IMG/VR virus record: IMGVR_UViG_3300021963_004264
Location: 1 to 64,000 of that record
Length of the DNA: 64,000 bases
Source of the DNA: a virus
Strand: one strand, 5' to 3'
Shown: positions 56,480 through 64,000 of the stretch, one piece after another
How the letters are laid out: every line of letters starts with the position of its first letter
Position numbering within the stretch: the stretch's first letter is position 1
Notes under the pieces: generated by a model
The model's input: the letters and a program-made list of their open reading frames with translations, nothing else
Database searches by the model: none
Told to the model about the DNA's origin: nothing
Program-made: the position numbers and the translations under genes

Positions 56480-57130
56480 TTACTTTACACCACTAGATAA
56501 CACAATTTTACAAATATGTTCTAGGCGTTCAATGTGTTCCATAGCACGCCATGGACTAGTATCTATTGCTACAACCCCATGACCTTTAATGCCAACAATG
56601 TCATATGCAATGTTACCCTCACTGTCAAGCTGTAAATTTTCGTGACACTTTACAGCTAGTTCTTCGCTGATAGGTGGAACATCTGGCACATTAGGTGCTA
56701 CTCGTGTATAGCGTCCTAGTTCAGGAAAGTCTTTCACTAACTCAGCTAGTTCTATTCCGGCGTGCATGGCTGCTACACAATAAGTCGGATGCAGATGCAT
56801 AACTACTCGCACGTCATTTTTGTGCTGACCCATTTCTTTTTGTAAGCCGAAGTGTAGAGGAATTTCGCCGCTGGGCTTTAGATTAGCACTAATGTCTGTA
56901 TAAAACTCTTCTACCCAACCGTATTGTACGAAAGGAGGTGCGGCATATGGCACACGATTAATTTGAATCTTTTTAAACTGATCAGGTTGCATTGTCTGCT
57001 TACGCACACCACTAGGCGTAATATAAAAATGATTACGGTCGTGGTGACGAATACTTACATTGCCGTCACGACTGGTAATCCAGTTGCGCTTATACGCTTC
57101 TACTAATGTATCACAGATTGTTTCTAACAT
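56480..57130 (-). CDS. class II aldolase/adducin family protein
   Basis: DGNVS, ITPSG, PSGE..H, HLHP, GHG. Confidence 0.9.
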   Translation of the reverse strand: MLETICDTLVEAYKRNWITSRDGNVSIRHHDRNHFYITPSGVRKQTMQPDQFKKIQINRVPYAAPPFVQYGWVEEFYTDISANLKPSGEIPLHFGLQKEMGQHKNDVRVVMHLHPTYCVAAMHAGIELAELVKDFPELGRYTRVAPNVPDVPPISEELAVKCHENLQLDSEGNIAYDIVGIKGHGVVAIDTSPWRAMEHIERLEHICKIVLSSGVK

Positions 57131-58019
57131 GATTGATTAATTCCTCACTTATTCTATTTATTGCCCATTTATTCATAACGTGTAAATCAACATTACTCCA
57201 TTTAGTAAGCATAAAGTCGCCCGGGCTACGTGGCTTTTCTAAATACATTATCAGAGTATGATCGTTAACTGCACTGTGTATATCGTCAGTGTCAAATGTT
57301 TTATACAGTGTGGTAGGAAGTTGTGGTATTCCTCTATCTTTAAATCCGCTCATCATATGAGCCGCTATACTGAAACTGTAATCATTTCTGTATAAACTGC
57401 CTTTCCATTTGTAAACGTCTTGATAATATTGTTTATTATTTTTAACATGTTTAACACAATTAAAAAAACTTTCTGTTAAAGGCGTTTTACGAAAGTACAC
57501 AACAGTAGCCCAATACATTGTAATGCCAAAATCGTTTAATCTATTAAGTGTAAGATCTTTACGTTCATACATGATGTCCTGGTAACGCCAATTCATCATT
57601 AGTTCTTCGTTGTGTCCCCAGCACTGATTAAGTGTATCACTTAGTATTAGGTAGTCTACATCTAGTAATATAGTTTCTTCATACGGACTTAGATCATATG
57701 CATCACAACGATTAACATTATAAAAACTTAATGGCTTTGCAGTATGGCTGGTGTCTTTAAATGTTCGTATGTTTTGTTCTTTAAACTTTTTATCTTTTTC
57801 AACAACAATAAGATTGTTTATTGCATTATCTATAACGTCTTTACCCAAAGATTTTTCAGCATATTCTAAACTAGCAGGATCGGTAACTACTGTAATATTC
57901 TTAATACCTAAATGCTTTTGTATTAAAAGACTGTTTACAACAGCTAGTTTAAAATAATCAATTTCTGCGTTGTTGTGGGCAAACATAATGATGCCACGAT
58001 CATTATTTGCCTTCATCAT
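57111..58019 (-). CDS. GT-A (GT8-like) glycosyltransferase
   Basis: SPYEETILLDVDY (DxD), WATVVYFRK, RNDYSFSIA, HVMNK; paralog of 54802. Confidence 0.75.
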   Translation of the reverse strand: MMKANNDRGIIMFAHNNAEIDYFKLAVVNSLLIQKHLGIKNITVVTDPASLEYAEKSLGKDVIDNAINNLIVVEKDKKFKEQNIRTFKDTSHTAKPLSFYNVNRCDAYDLSPYEETILLDVDYLILSDTLNQCWGHNEELMMNWRYQDIMYERKDLTLNRLNDFGITMYWATVVYFRKTPLTESFFNCVKHVKNNKQYYQDVYKWKGSLYRNDYSFSIAAHMMSGFKDRGIPQLPTTLYKTFDTDDIHSAVNDHTLIMYLEKPRSPGDFMLTKWSNVDLHVMNKWAINRISEELINHVRNNL

Positions 58020-58362
58020 TGAGATCTAATACCTTATGTACTTTGCGTGACTTACGTAGTTTTTCGTACTCTGCATAATAGTCGTTGGTTACTTCAAAGT
58101 AACGACTGAGTACTTCATCATAAAAACTTTCAATATCAACTTTAATAGGATTTTGGTATATGTCTAAAAGAACTGCTTCAGTTTGCTTTTCTTCTAGCAA
58201 TAATTTACAAAAATTAAGTAGCGAACGATCAATTGTAAACGTGCCACCATTAATGCTGTAACTTAATAAACTTTGAGTTTTGGCTCGTAGTGCGGCTTGC
58301 TGATTATTAAGTGTAACTCGATAATTAGCAAATTCAAGTGCGTCAGTTAGTCTAGTGCTCAT
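58003..58362 (-). CDS. conserved phage hypothetical protein
   Basis: 119 aa, NGGTF.I, LLDI..NPI; TAAATA-N5-ATG. Confidence 0.75.
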   Translation of the reverse strand: MSTRLTDALEFANYRVTLNNQQAALRAKTQSLLSYSINGGTFTIDRSLLNFCKLLLEEKQTEAVLLDIYQNPIKVDIESFYDEVLSRYFEVTNDYYAEYEKLRKSRKVHKVLDLNDEGK

Positions 58363-58377
58363 GCAAGTATTTAAGAC

Positions 58378-58411
58378 AAAAAAAAGCCAGTATCCGTAAA
58401 TACTGGCTTTT
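58378..58411 (-). terminator. Rho-independent terminator (copy 1 of a duplicated hairpin)
   Basis: Minus strand AAAAGCCAGTATT-TACG-GATACTGGCTTTTTTTT. Confidence 0.88.
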
Positions 58412-58447
58412 GTTCGACACTATTTAAAAACAGACTAGTCTGTTATA

Positions 58448-58645
58448 TTACTTAGGCTGTACTGCGCCCGCATCTGCTGGTGCCGCAACTGGAGCAGGTG
58501 TTGCTGGTGCTGTGGCATTATCAGCTGGTGCTACTACTGCGGCAGCTGGTGCTGCTTCAGTTGGTGCTGGTGCTGGCTCGGTCTTTGAGCAAGCTGTTAG
58601 GCCTAGTAGTGCAGTAGATACTGCGATTGTTGTGAACATCTTCAT
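58448..58645 (-). CDS. small Ala/Pro-rich lipoprotein
   Basis: Signal peptide with lipobox LTAC; AAGGAG RBS; TATAAGTA upstream. Confidence 0.78.
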   Translation of the reverse strand: MKMFTTIAVSTALLGLTACSKTEPAPAPTEAAPAAAVVAPADNATAPATPAPVAAPADAGAVQPK

Positions 58646-58689
58646 AAGTTTATTTCTCCTTGTGTTCTTCACGTTTATACTTATACATT

Positions 58690-58722
58690 AAAAAAGCCAG
58701 TATCCTTAAATACTGGCTTTTT
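58690..58722 (-). terminator. Rho-independent terminator (copy 2 of a duplicated hairpin)
   Basis: 31 bp identical to copy 1 except one loop base. Confidence 0.88.
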
Positions 58723-58806
58723 AGTGTAGTTTACTCTACTCTTTAAGTAACCCGCATAGTGTGCATTGCTAAGAGGCAGTTTGGGTGTTGTTAACTATAT
58801 GTATTA

Positions 58807-59841
58807 TTAGCTGATTGCAGCCATGCTTATTGTTGGAGCAGTAATAGTAATACTCGAACCGTTTGCATTTGGTTGTTTGCGTCGACCATTAAGTGTTAGT
58901 GTACCGTCAATACTGTCAGTATATCCACTAGTCTCATCGCCTGAACTTGGTACGCCGTCTGGACCAATAGCACCATCAGCGGATGCTGCGGCTGCTGCGG
59001 TATAAGGATCGCTCCAAGTTGCTTTTAATGTAATTACAGTTGGATCAGTGATACTGTTAACCTTACCTTCTAACTTAAAGAAGTTAGAAGCATAAGCACC
59101 TGAACCGTATTTGATAAACAACTGCTGATAAGAGGCTGTTAATTCATAAAAACCAATACCTGCACTTGTACCTGAACTTGCACTTGTATCGTTGTAATTC
59201 ATTAATACATCGCCCATAGCACTTAACAAACTGGCCCAGTCACTGTTTTGTGTAGTAGCTGAACCACCAGTTCTCGATGAACTTACACCTAGTGCGCCTC
59301 CTGCATTAAAAAATGCACGGGCTGCGCTTTCGCTAGCAAATGTCCATGTTGTTTCTTCAGTTAATGTACTAGTCCAAGCTGTTGTTCTTGTAACATTGCT
59401 AACGCTAGACATTGTTGTACTTGCTGGACTAAATCTGTTATCCCAACAATCCTTAATGTTTAGCATTAAGTTATTCCAAGTAGTTGCAGCGATCGTTGTA
59501 GCAGTTGTTACGTCAGTTCCTACGCCTGTTCGTACCGTCTGACCTAAAAATGCACACAATGACTGAACGTCATCTTGTAAACGTTTAAAGCCGCCTGTGG
59601 CATTATCTGCATAAACTAAACCGCCTGTACTGGCAGCACTTACGGATGAACCACCTTGTGTGTATCCGTATGTACTTGCGGCTGTATATGTACCTAATGT
59701 TACATCTGCCGCAGTACCAAGTAGTAAGTTTACGTTTGTTCTTGCATTGTTGAAGTCAGCCGGAACAACAGTATCAGTTCCTGCGACAACTTGTGTCATT
59801 GTTGTCATTCCCGACGATGTGATTGTTGCACCTGATGGCAT
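58807..59841 (-). CDS. virion structural protein (tail/baseplate-associated), Ser/Thr-rich
   Basis: TFAS..AAR.FFNAGG motif; late promoter TATAAATA at 59863-59870; AGGAG RBS. Confidence 0.65.
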   Translation of the reverse strand: MPSGATITSSGMTTMTQVVAGTDTVVPADFNNARTNVNLLLGTAADVTLGTYTAASTYGYTQGGSSVSAASTGGLVYADNATGGFKRLQDDVQSLCAFLGQTVRTGVGTDVTTATTIAATTWNNLMLNIKDCWDNRFSPASTTMSSVSNVTRTTAWTSTLTEETTWTFASESAARAFFNAGGALGVSSSRTGGSATTQNSDWASLLSAMGDVLMNYNDTSASSGTSAGIGFYELTASYQQLFIKYGSGAYASNFFKLEGKVNSITDPTVITLKATWSDPYTAAAAASADGAIGPDGVPSSGDETSGYTDSIDGTLTLNGRRKQPNANGSSITITAPTISMAAIS

Positions 59842-59862
59842 GTTATCTCCTAATTATTACAA

Positions 59863-59870
59863 TATTTATA
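59863..59870 (-). promoter_or_regulatory. T4-consensus late promoter TATAAATA
   Basis: Exact T4 gp55 consensus upstream of a structural gene. Confidence 0.7.
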
Positions 59871-61436
59871 TTACTTAACGCCTATTACAGCTTCAACAAC
59901 ACCTAAATTGTCCGTTGTTTTCTGTTCAAGACTTCTACCAATAACCTTACGTGGATCATATTCGTTAAATCCTAGCGCCATTGCTACGCCTGGTAAATGG
60001 CTGCTAATTAATCGTTCACCTTTTAGTACTTTACCAAATACTTTAACTGGTACACGACCTTTTAATGCAACAGGCAAACCTTCTGCTTCACTGTTCATTA
60101 AATAAGCAGGGTCAGTTGAAATAACACCAAATACATTCATATCTTCGATACTTGTTGTTTGTGTAATTTCTGCGCTGCCGCCTAGTTTTACAACTGTGCC
60201 CGGCTCGTAAGTTTCGTCGCTGGCATAAATTTCTGCCAAGTCAGCGTAACGTGCCGCTGTTGCAACGGCTGTTACTACGTTAGCCGAGAAGCTACCTGCA
60301 CTATCTCTTAGTACAAGTGTATTGGCCGTGTTTGTTGTAACTGCATCTGTTGCAGTACCTGTAGCAAAACTTACGTTTCCGCTTACGTTAAATTGAGTAG
60401 TATGAATAGTACTGATTCGTGTTGTGCTATTACCAATAGCTACGTTACCTGCACCAAGTATTGCACCTGATGTGCCGTTACCTACATACACTGTACCAGT
60501 GTGGAGGTCTGCAAATCTATAACTTGCACTACCAATGTTATAGGTATTTGTTGCATCAGGAACATAATTTCTTCCTGTATGAATAATTTCACTTGCATTG
60601 ACGTTTGCACCGTCTGAGCCAACGCTACCTAAGTTTATTTTATATGAAGCATCTGAGCGATATGATCTTTCGCTTAACGCTAGTGAAGTTGTGTTATATT
60701 CAGTACGTAAATTTAGACCAGGACGAATAATAGCACCGATGCCGCCTGAACCAACAAGTTCAGTGTACCAGTTGCGACTCTCGCCTTCTGTACTACTGTT
60801 CGAGTTAGCGGCAGTAAATTGTGCATGGTCACTGAAAATAGCCATGATTGTTTCTGCACCAAAGGCTGTAGTAGTACTACCATAATTTACCGAAGGACTA
60901 GATGAATCGTTAACATAAGTTAATGCAAGTACTGCGCGGTCAACACCTGTACTATCACGTAAGAAAATGTTACGTAGTTTAGTACCATAGTTAGAGGGAT
61001 TACCTATGTTACTTGTACTTGCAAACGCACTAGAAACTTCACCTGCATAACCTGCAAATTTAAAACTGCTACCATCATGTACACGAAGTTTATCATCTGT
61101 AGTATCAAACCACGCTGTACCTGCTACTAAGTTAGTTGATGGCGCTGAAGAACTAACTACAATATTAGTAGCTCTTTTCCATCTTGTGCCGTCATAAACC
61201 CTTAGTAGATTCTCTGTTTTATCATACCAAAGCTGACCTGTTAGTGTTGTACTTGCACTAGGTGCAGTTGCACTTGCAAAGTTTTCTAATTGACGTACAG
61301 CATTTTGTGCAAAGTATAGACCGTAGTTAGATACGTTACGTCCAACCAATGCTATTGCATAGGTACTGGTATCTATCGTACTGTCAGCAACTGTTGTCGA
61401 AACACTTCCGTCACTGTTATTAAATGTATATGGCAT
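59871..61436 (-). CDS. tail fibre/baseplate protein with C-terminal peptidase-G2/chaperone-like domain
   Basis: LVGRN..YG, LENFA, GQLWYD repeats; C-terminal ARYADLAE.Y..EPGTVV..GVISTDP..GRVPVKV. Confidence 0.72.
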   Translation of the reverse strand: MPYTFNNSDGSVSTTVADSTIDTSTYAIALVGRNVSNYGLYFAQNAVRQLENFASATAPSASTTLTGQLWYDKTENLLRVYDGTRWKRATNIVVSSSAPSTNLVAGTAWFDTTDDKLRVHDGSSFKFAGYAGEVSSAFASTSNIGNPSNYGTKLRNIFLRDSTGVDRAVLALTYVNDSSSPSVNYGSTTTAFGAETIMAIFSDHAQFTAANSNSSTEGESRNWYTELVGSGGIGAIIRPGLNLRTEYNTTSLALSERSYRSDASYKINLGSVGSDGANVNASEIIHTGRNYVPDATNTYNIGSASYRFADLHTGTVYVGNGTSGAILGAGNVAIGNSTTRISTIHTTQFNVSGNVSFATGTATDAVTTNTANTLVLRDSAGSFSANVVTAVATAARYADLAEIYASDETYEPGTVVKLGGSAEITQTTSIEDMNVFGVISTDPAYLMNSEAEGLPVALKGRVPVKVFGKVLKGERLISSHLPGVAMALGFNEYDPRKVIGRSLEQKTTDNLGVVEAVIGVK

Positions 61437-61457
61437 CTCTTATTCCCTCAAATAATT

Positions 61458-62117
61458 TTAGCTCAACTGTACTCTGACAGTATAGATTACCTCAATAATT
61501 CTGTTTTGTGACTTTTGTACAGGATGAAAAACTACATGAGTAAGCATTGTACTTGTATTAATTGGATCAGCATCTGTTGGATCACTAGGATAACTAAACA
61601 GTGCTAATTCATCAAAAATATAATCACCTTCATTTGTAGTACTACTGTCAAACAAATCCTGATCGCTAGGTTCTGCATAACCTAGTGTACAAGTTACTTT
61701 AATGTCTGTGTAACTTGAACCTGGAATTATTTGTATTTTGTCCGTTTCTGTATCAGCTGAGATAATCTTATAATAAGTTCTACTGTACAGACTTGCGCCG
61801 GTTTCATATGCTTCACTTACACGCGGTGACTTGTAGATTACTCTACCAGCGGTATCAACACTAGTTGCACCGTTACCAAAAGCCATGTAATGAACATATG
61901 CACCTTGAGCATTGTTTAAAGCGTTAGCGATTAAATTAGCCATATTGCCATAATGAATAGCATTACGCTTATTGATGAGTTCTTCGCCCGTTTCTTTATC
62001 GCGGATCAATATATGACCGCTAATATTGATACCGGCAACTTCATCTGGCTTCTTTTGAGGAGTAGCATTTTCTTGCATTTTCTCTGCGCCTTCGTCTTTT
62101 TTGTCAATGTCTAACAT
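61458..62117 (-). CDS. baseplate/virion structural protein
   Basis: GHILIRD, NAIHY, FGNG, FDELAL, HPVQKS.NR.I.V.YT; probable leaderless ATG at 62117. Confidence 0.7.
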   Translation of the reverse strand: MLDIDKKDEGAEKMQENATPQKKPDEVAGINISGHILIRDKETGEELINKRNAIHYGNMANLIANALNNAQGAYVHYMAFGNGATSVDTAGRVIYKSPRVSEAYETGASLYSRTYYKIISADTETDKIQIIPGSSYTDIKVTCTLGYAEPSDQDLFDSSTTNEGDYIFDELALFSYPSDPTDADPINTSTMLTHVVFHPVQKSQNRIIEVIYTVRVQLS

Positions 62118-62155
62118 ACGTTTATTTATCACTTTTTTTAAACTAGCAGTTAATT

Positions 62156-64000
62156 TTAAATTCCATGGATGAATTTCATCAAACTTTCAACGTTAGCATA
62201 GTCTGCGTTAGCTACGTCTGCCAAGCTCAGTGCTGAATTTGAACCAGTGTTTAGTGTTGGAATTTCTAGTGTAATTGTGGTATTTCCGTTAATAAATTCG
62301 GATATATCATCGTCATACTCTTCGGAATCAAAACCATAGTAGTCCCATAACCCATCCTGTAAGAATAAATCATCCTCTACTGTAATTGTTAAGTTTGCAT
62401 TATCAATATCTGTAATGTAGAAGAATGTTACATTGCTTGTATAAGATGTGCTGTAATGTGTACCATTAGCAGTTAACATAGTGCCGTTAGCTGACATAGA
62501 TACCACACCACCTGCATTTAACAATGCAATAGCATTTGCTGTTGTTACAATAGACAACTGATTTGGTGCAACATAAGCAACATTAGAACCTGCGTAAGAC
62601 TGATATGTGTAGAATTGAGAACCAACTTCTAACCATATTGCACGATTAGTATCTAATCTGTTAAATGTTTCTTCTTCAGAACCTTCGATAACGTCTACTG
62701 TTACAGGATTTCCATAGATGTCTATAATCAAGTGATCCTGTATACTTGTGCCGGCGCTGCCTCTGGTTAGTTGACTAATAACATTTCCGTCAAGTCTGTC
62801 GTAAAGAATACGCTCTGTTCCTACCCATATAATACCAGGATCTCCTGGGCGTGGGGTCTGGAATACACTACCATCAACTACTGTAATTTCTGTTGAATAT
62901 GAATATACGTTAGCTGAAAGTGTAGTACTCTTATTAGTTGTAATTCTAACATATTCAGTATCACCGAATAAGTTTTGGTGCATTCTATACTTAACTGCAA
63001 TCGCATCTGGTGATACAGGTGTAGTACTTGTATTACCTCCAGCATATGGACTTGTGTAAACGTCAATGATTAGTGATTCTAGTGGGTCCAGGAACACCAT
63101 TTCTTCTGGACGCTCTTCACCGTATAGAATTTTCTTAAATGTTGCGCCGTCAAAACCTTCGTAAGTATCATTATTACGTCTTAGCGTAATATTACCTTGC
63201 GCTAATTCACTAAAGATACCTTCGTAGTTAACAACTTCAACTGTTCTATCTAATGCATACATATCCCAAGGATCTGTATCCCAACCAAAGCTACTTAAGA
63301 AATCAACGGTTGAGTCTAAACCTGCTACTGCATTAGTAAACAAGTTAGCATCTAATAGTTCGCCTCTCCAGCCACCACCAACTTTTTCTTTTACAAGAGT
63401 TAGTGTTGTGCTTAAGTTTCCTGCATTAATAATATCATGCAATACACTAGCATTTGTGATAATACTTGTATTTGTTCCTGCTGATGAATTATTAAAGTGT
63501 GAATTAACTTCCGCAACAAACGATGCACGAACAATTGGATCAAACTTAAATATTCTATCAATTGCTCTCATTTGTGAACTTGCAGTAATGTTTGCTTCGT
63601 TCATTTGGTTGATATTAGCAATATTTCTAGCAATACTTACGTTAACAGTAGTGTTACTTCTATTATGGCCAAATTGTGTTAATTCGTAGTTGGTTCTATC
63701 AAACACAAGTGTAGTATTGTTATGTCTAAATACATTATCGCCCTTGTTTGTAATGCTGAAATAATTCTTATAAGCATTATCAAAGAACATGATATTAGCA
63801 TCATTTTCGCTAAAGTCATCTAGGACACGAACAACACCTAAACCTCTGTCGATGTAAGGAGGCTTATCAAAGTCACTAACCATTGTTGGACCAACAACTT
63901 CAATTGGTGCTCTCTTACCATCTCTATATTCACGAATCTTAGCAGTGAATGGTTTAACTTCGTTCATGTATTCAATAATACGTGCAAAGTTATCAGGTTT
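62156..64000 (-). CDS. C-terminal part of a very large baseplate wedge/structural protein (5' truncated by window edge)
   Basis: Frame is open to 64000 (KPDNFARIIEYMNEVKPFTAKIREY); PEEM, IWVGTERI.Y, LTRGSAGT. Confidence 0.7.
   Translation of the reverse strand, partial: KPDNFARIIEYMNEVKPFTAKIREYRDGKRAPIEVVGPTMVSDFDKPPYIDRGLGVVRVLDDFSENDANIMFFDNAYKNYFSITNKGDNVFRHNNTTLVFDRTNYELTQFGHNRSNTTVNVSIARNIANINQMNEANITASSQMRAIDRIFKFDPIVRASFVAEVNSHFNNSSAGTNTSIITNASVLHDIINAGNLSTTLTLVKEKVGGGWRGELLDANLFTNAVAGLDSTVDFLSSFGWDTDPWDMYALDRTVEVVNYEGIFSELAQGNITLRRNNDTYEGFDGATFKKILYGEERPEEMVFLDPLESLIIDVYTSPYAGGNTSTTPVSPDAIAVKYRMHQNLFGDTEYVRITTNKSTTLSANVYSYSTEITVVDGSVFQTPRPGDPGIIWVGTERILYDRLDGNVISQLTRGSAGTSIQDHLIIDIYGNPVTVDVIEGSEEETFNRLDTNRAIWLEVGSQFYTYQSYAGSNVAYVAPNQLSIVTTANAIALLNAGGVVSMSANGTMLTANGTHYSTSYTSNVTFFYITDIDNANLTITVEDDLFLQDGLWDYYGFDSEEYDDDISEFINGNTTITLEIPTLNTGSNSALSLADVANADYANVESLMKFIHGI

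Noticed and set aside
58448-58645. Lipoprotein as an o-spanin
   Set aside because: There is no adjacent or overlapping i-spanin, endolysin or holin, and the mature part is only low-complexity Ala/Pro.
1-64000. Stop-codon reassignment (seen in some jumbo phages)
   Set aside because: Standard-code ORFs tile the window densely, and TAA, TAG and TGA all end recognisable genes at sensible positions.
1-64000. tRNA or rRNA genes
   Set aside because: No intergenic stretch shows a cloverleaf or T-loop signature by eye; tRNAscan was not run.

Overview
This is a 64 kb fragment of an AT-rich, gene-dense jumbo myophage genome with T4-related replication machinery. It uses the standard genetic code, and I saw no tRNA, CRISPR array or integrase. 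The + strand arm (1-29977) carries a DsbA/GapR-like protein, a family B DNA polymerase and a sliding clamp. These are followed by a 7-deazaguanine DNA-modification module (DpdA/TGT-like, QueD-like, FolE, QueE; no QueC in the window) interleaved with sugar enzymes (GT-B, GalE, two oxidoreductases, a PRTase). Further along are RNase H, an HNH nuclease, early genes under sigma70-like promoters (deaminase, MoxR AAA plus VWA/metallopeptidase) and an FG-GAP lipoprotein. The - strand arm (29980-64000) has baseplate/tail structural genes, then a ~28 kb locus preceded by T4-type late promoters (TAAATA). That locus holds eight paralogous radical SAM enzymes with an N-terminal twitch/SPASM-like domain, a carbamoyltransferase, a nucleotide-sugar dehydrogenase, a NeuB-like synthase, several glycosyltransferase-like proteins (one with ~10 tandem repeats), SGNH-like proteins, a methyltransferase and a class II aldolase. 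It is the best candidate for an undescribed system: phage-encoded, heavily tailored glycan biosynthesis. Smaller signals include a probable overprinted membrane-protein gene inside folE, a 3'UTR complementary to its own 5'UTR/RBS, late-promoter-linked RBS-occluding hairpins, leaderless late mRNAs, and a lipoprotein gene bracketed by duplicated terminators. All functional calls come from motif recognition by eye; no database searches were run.
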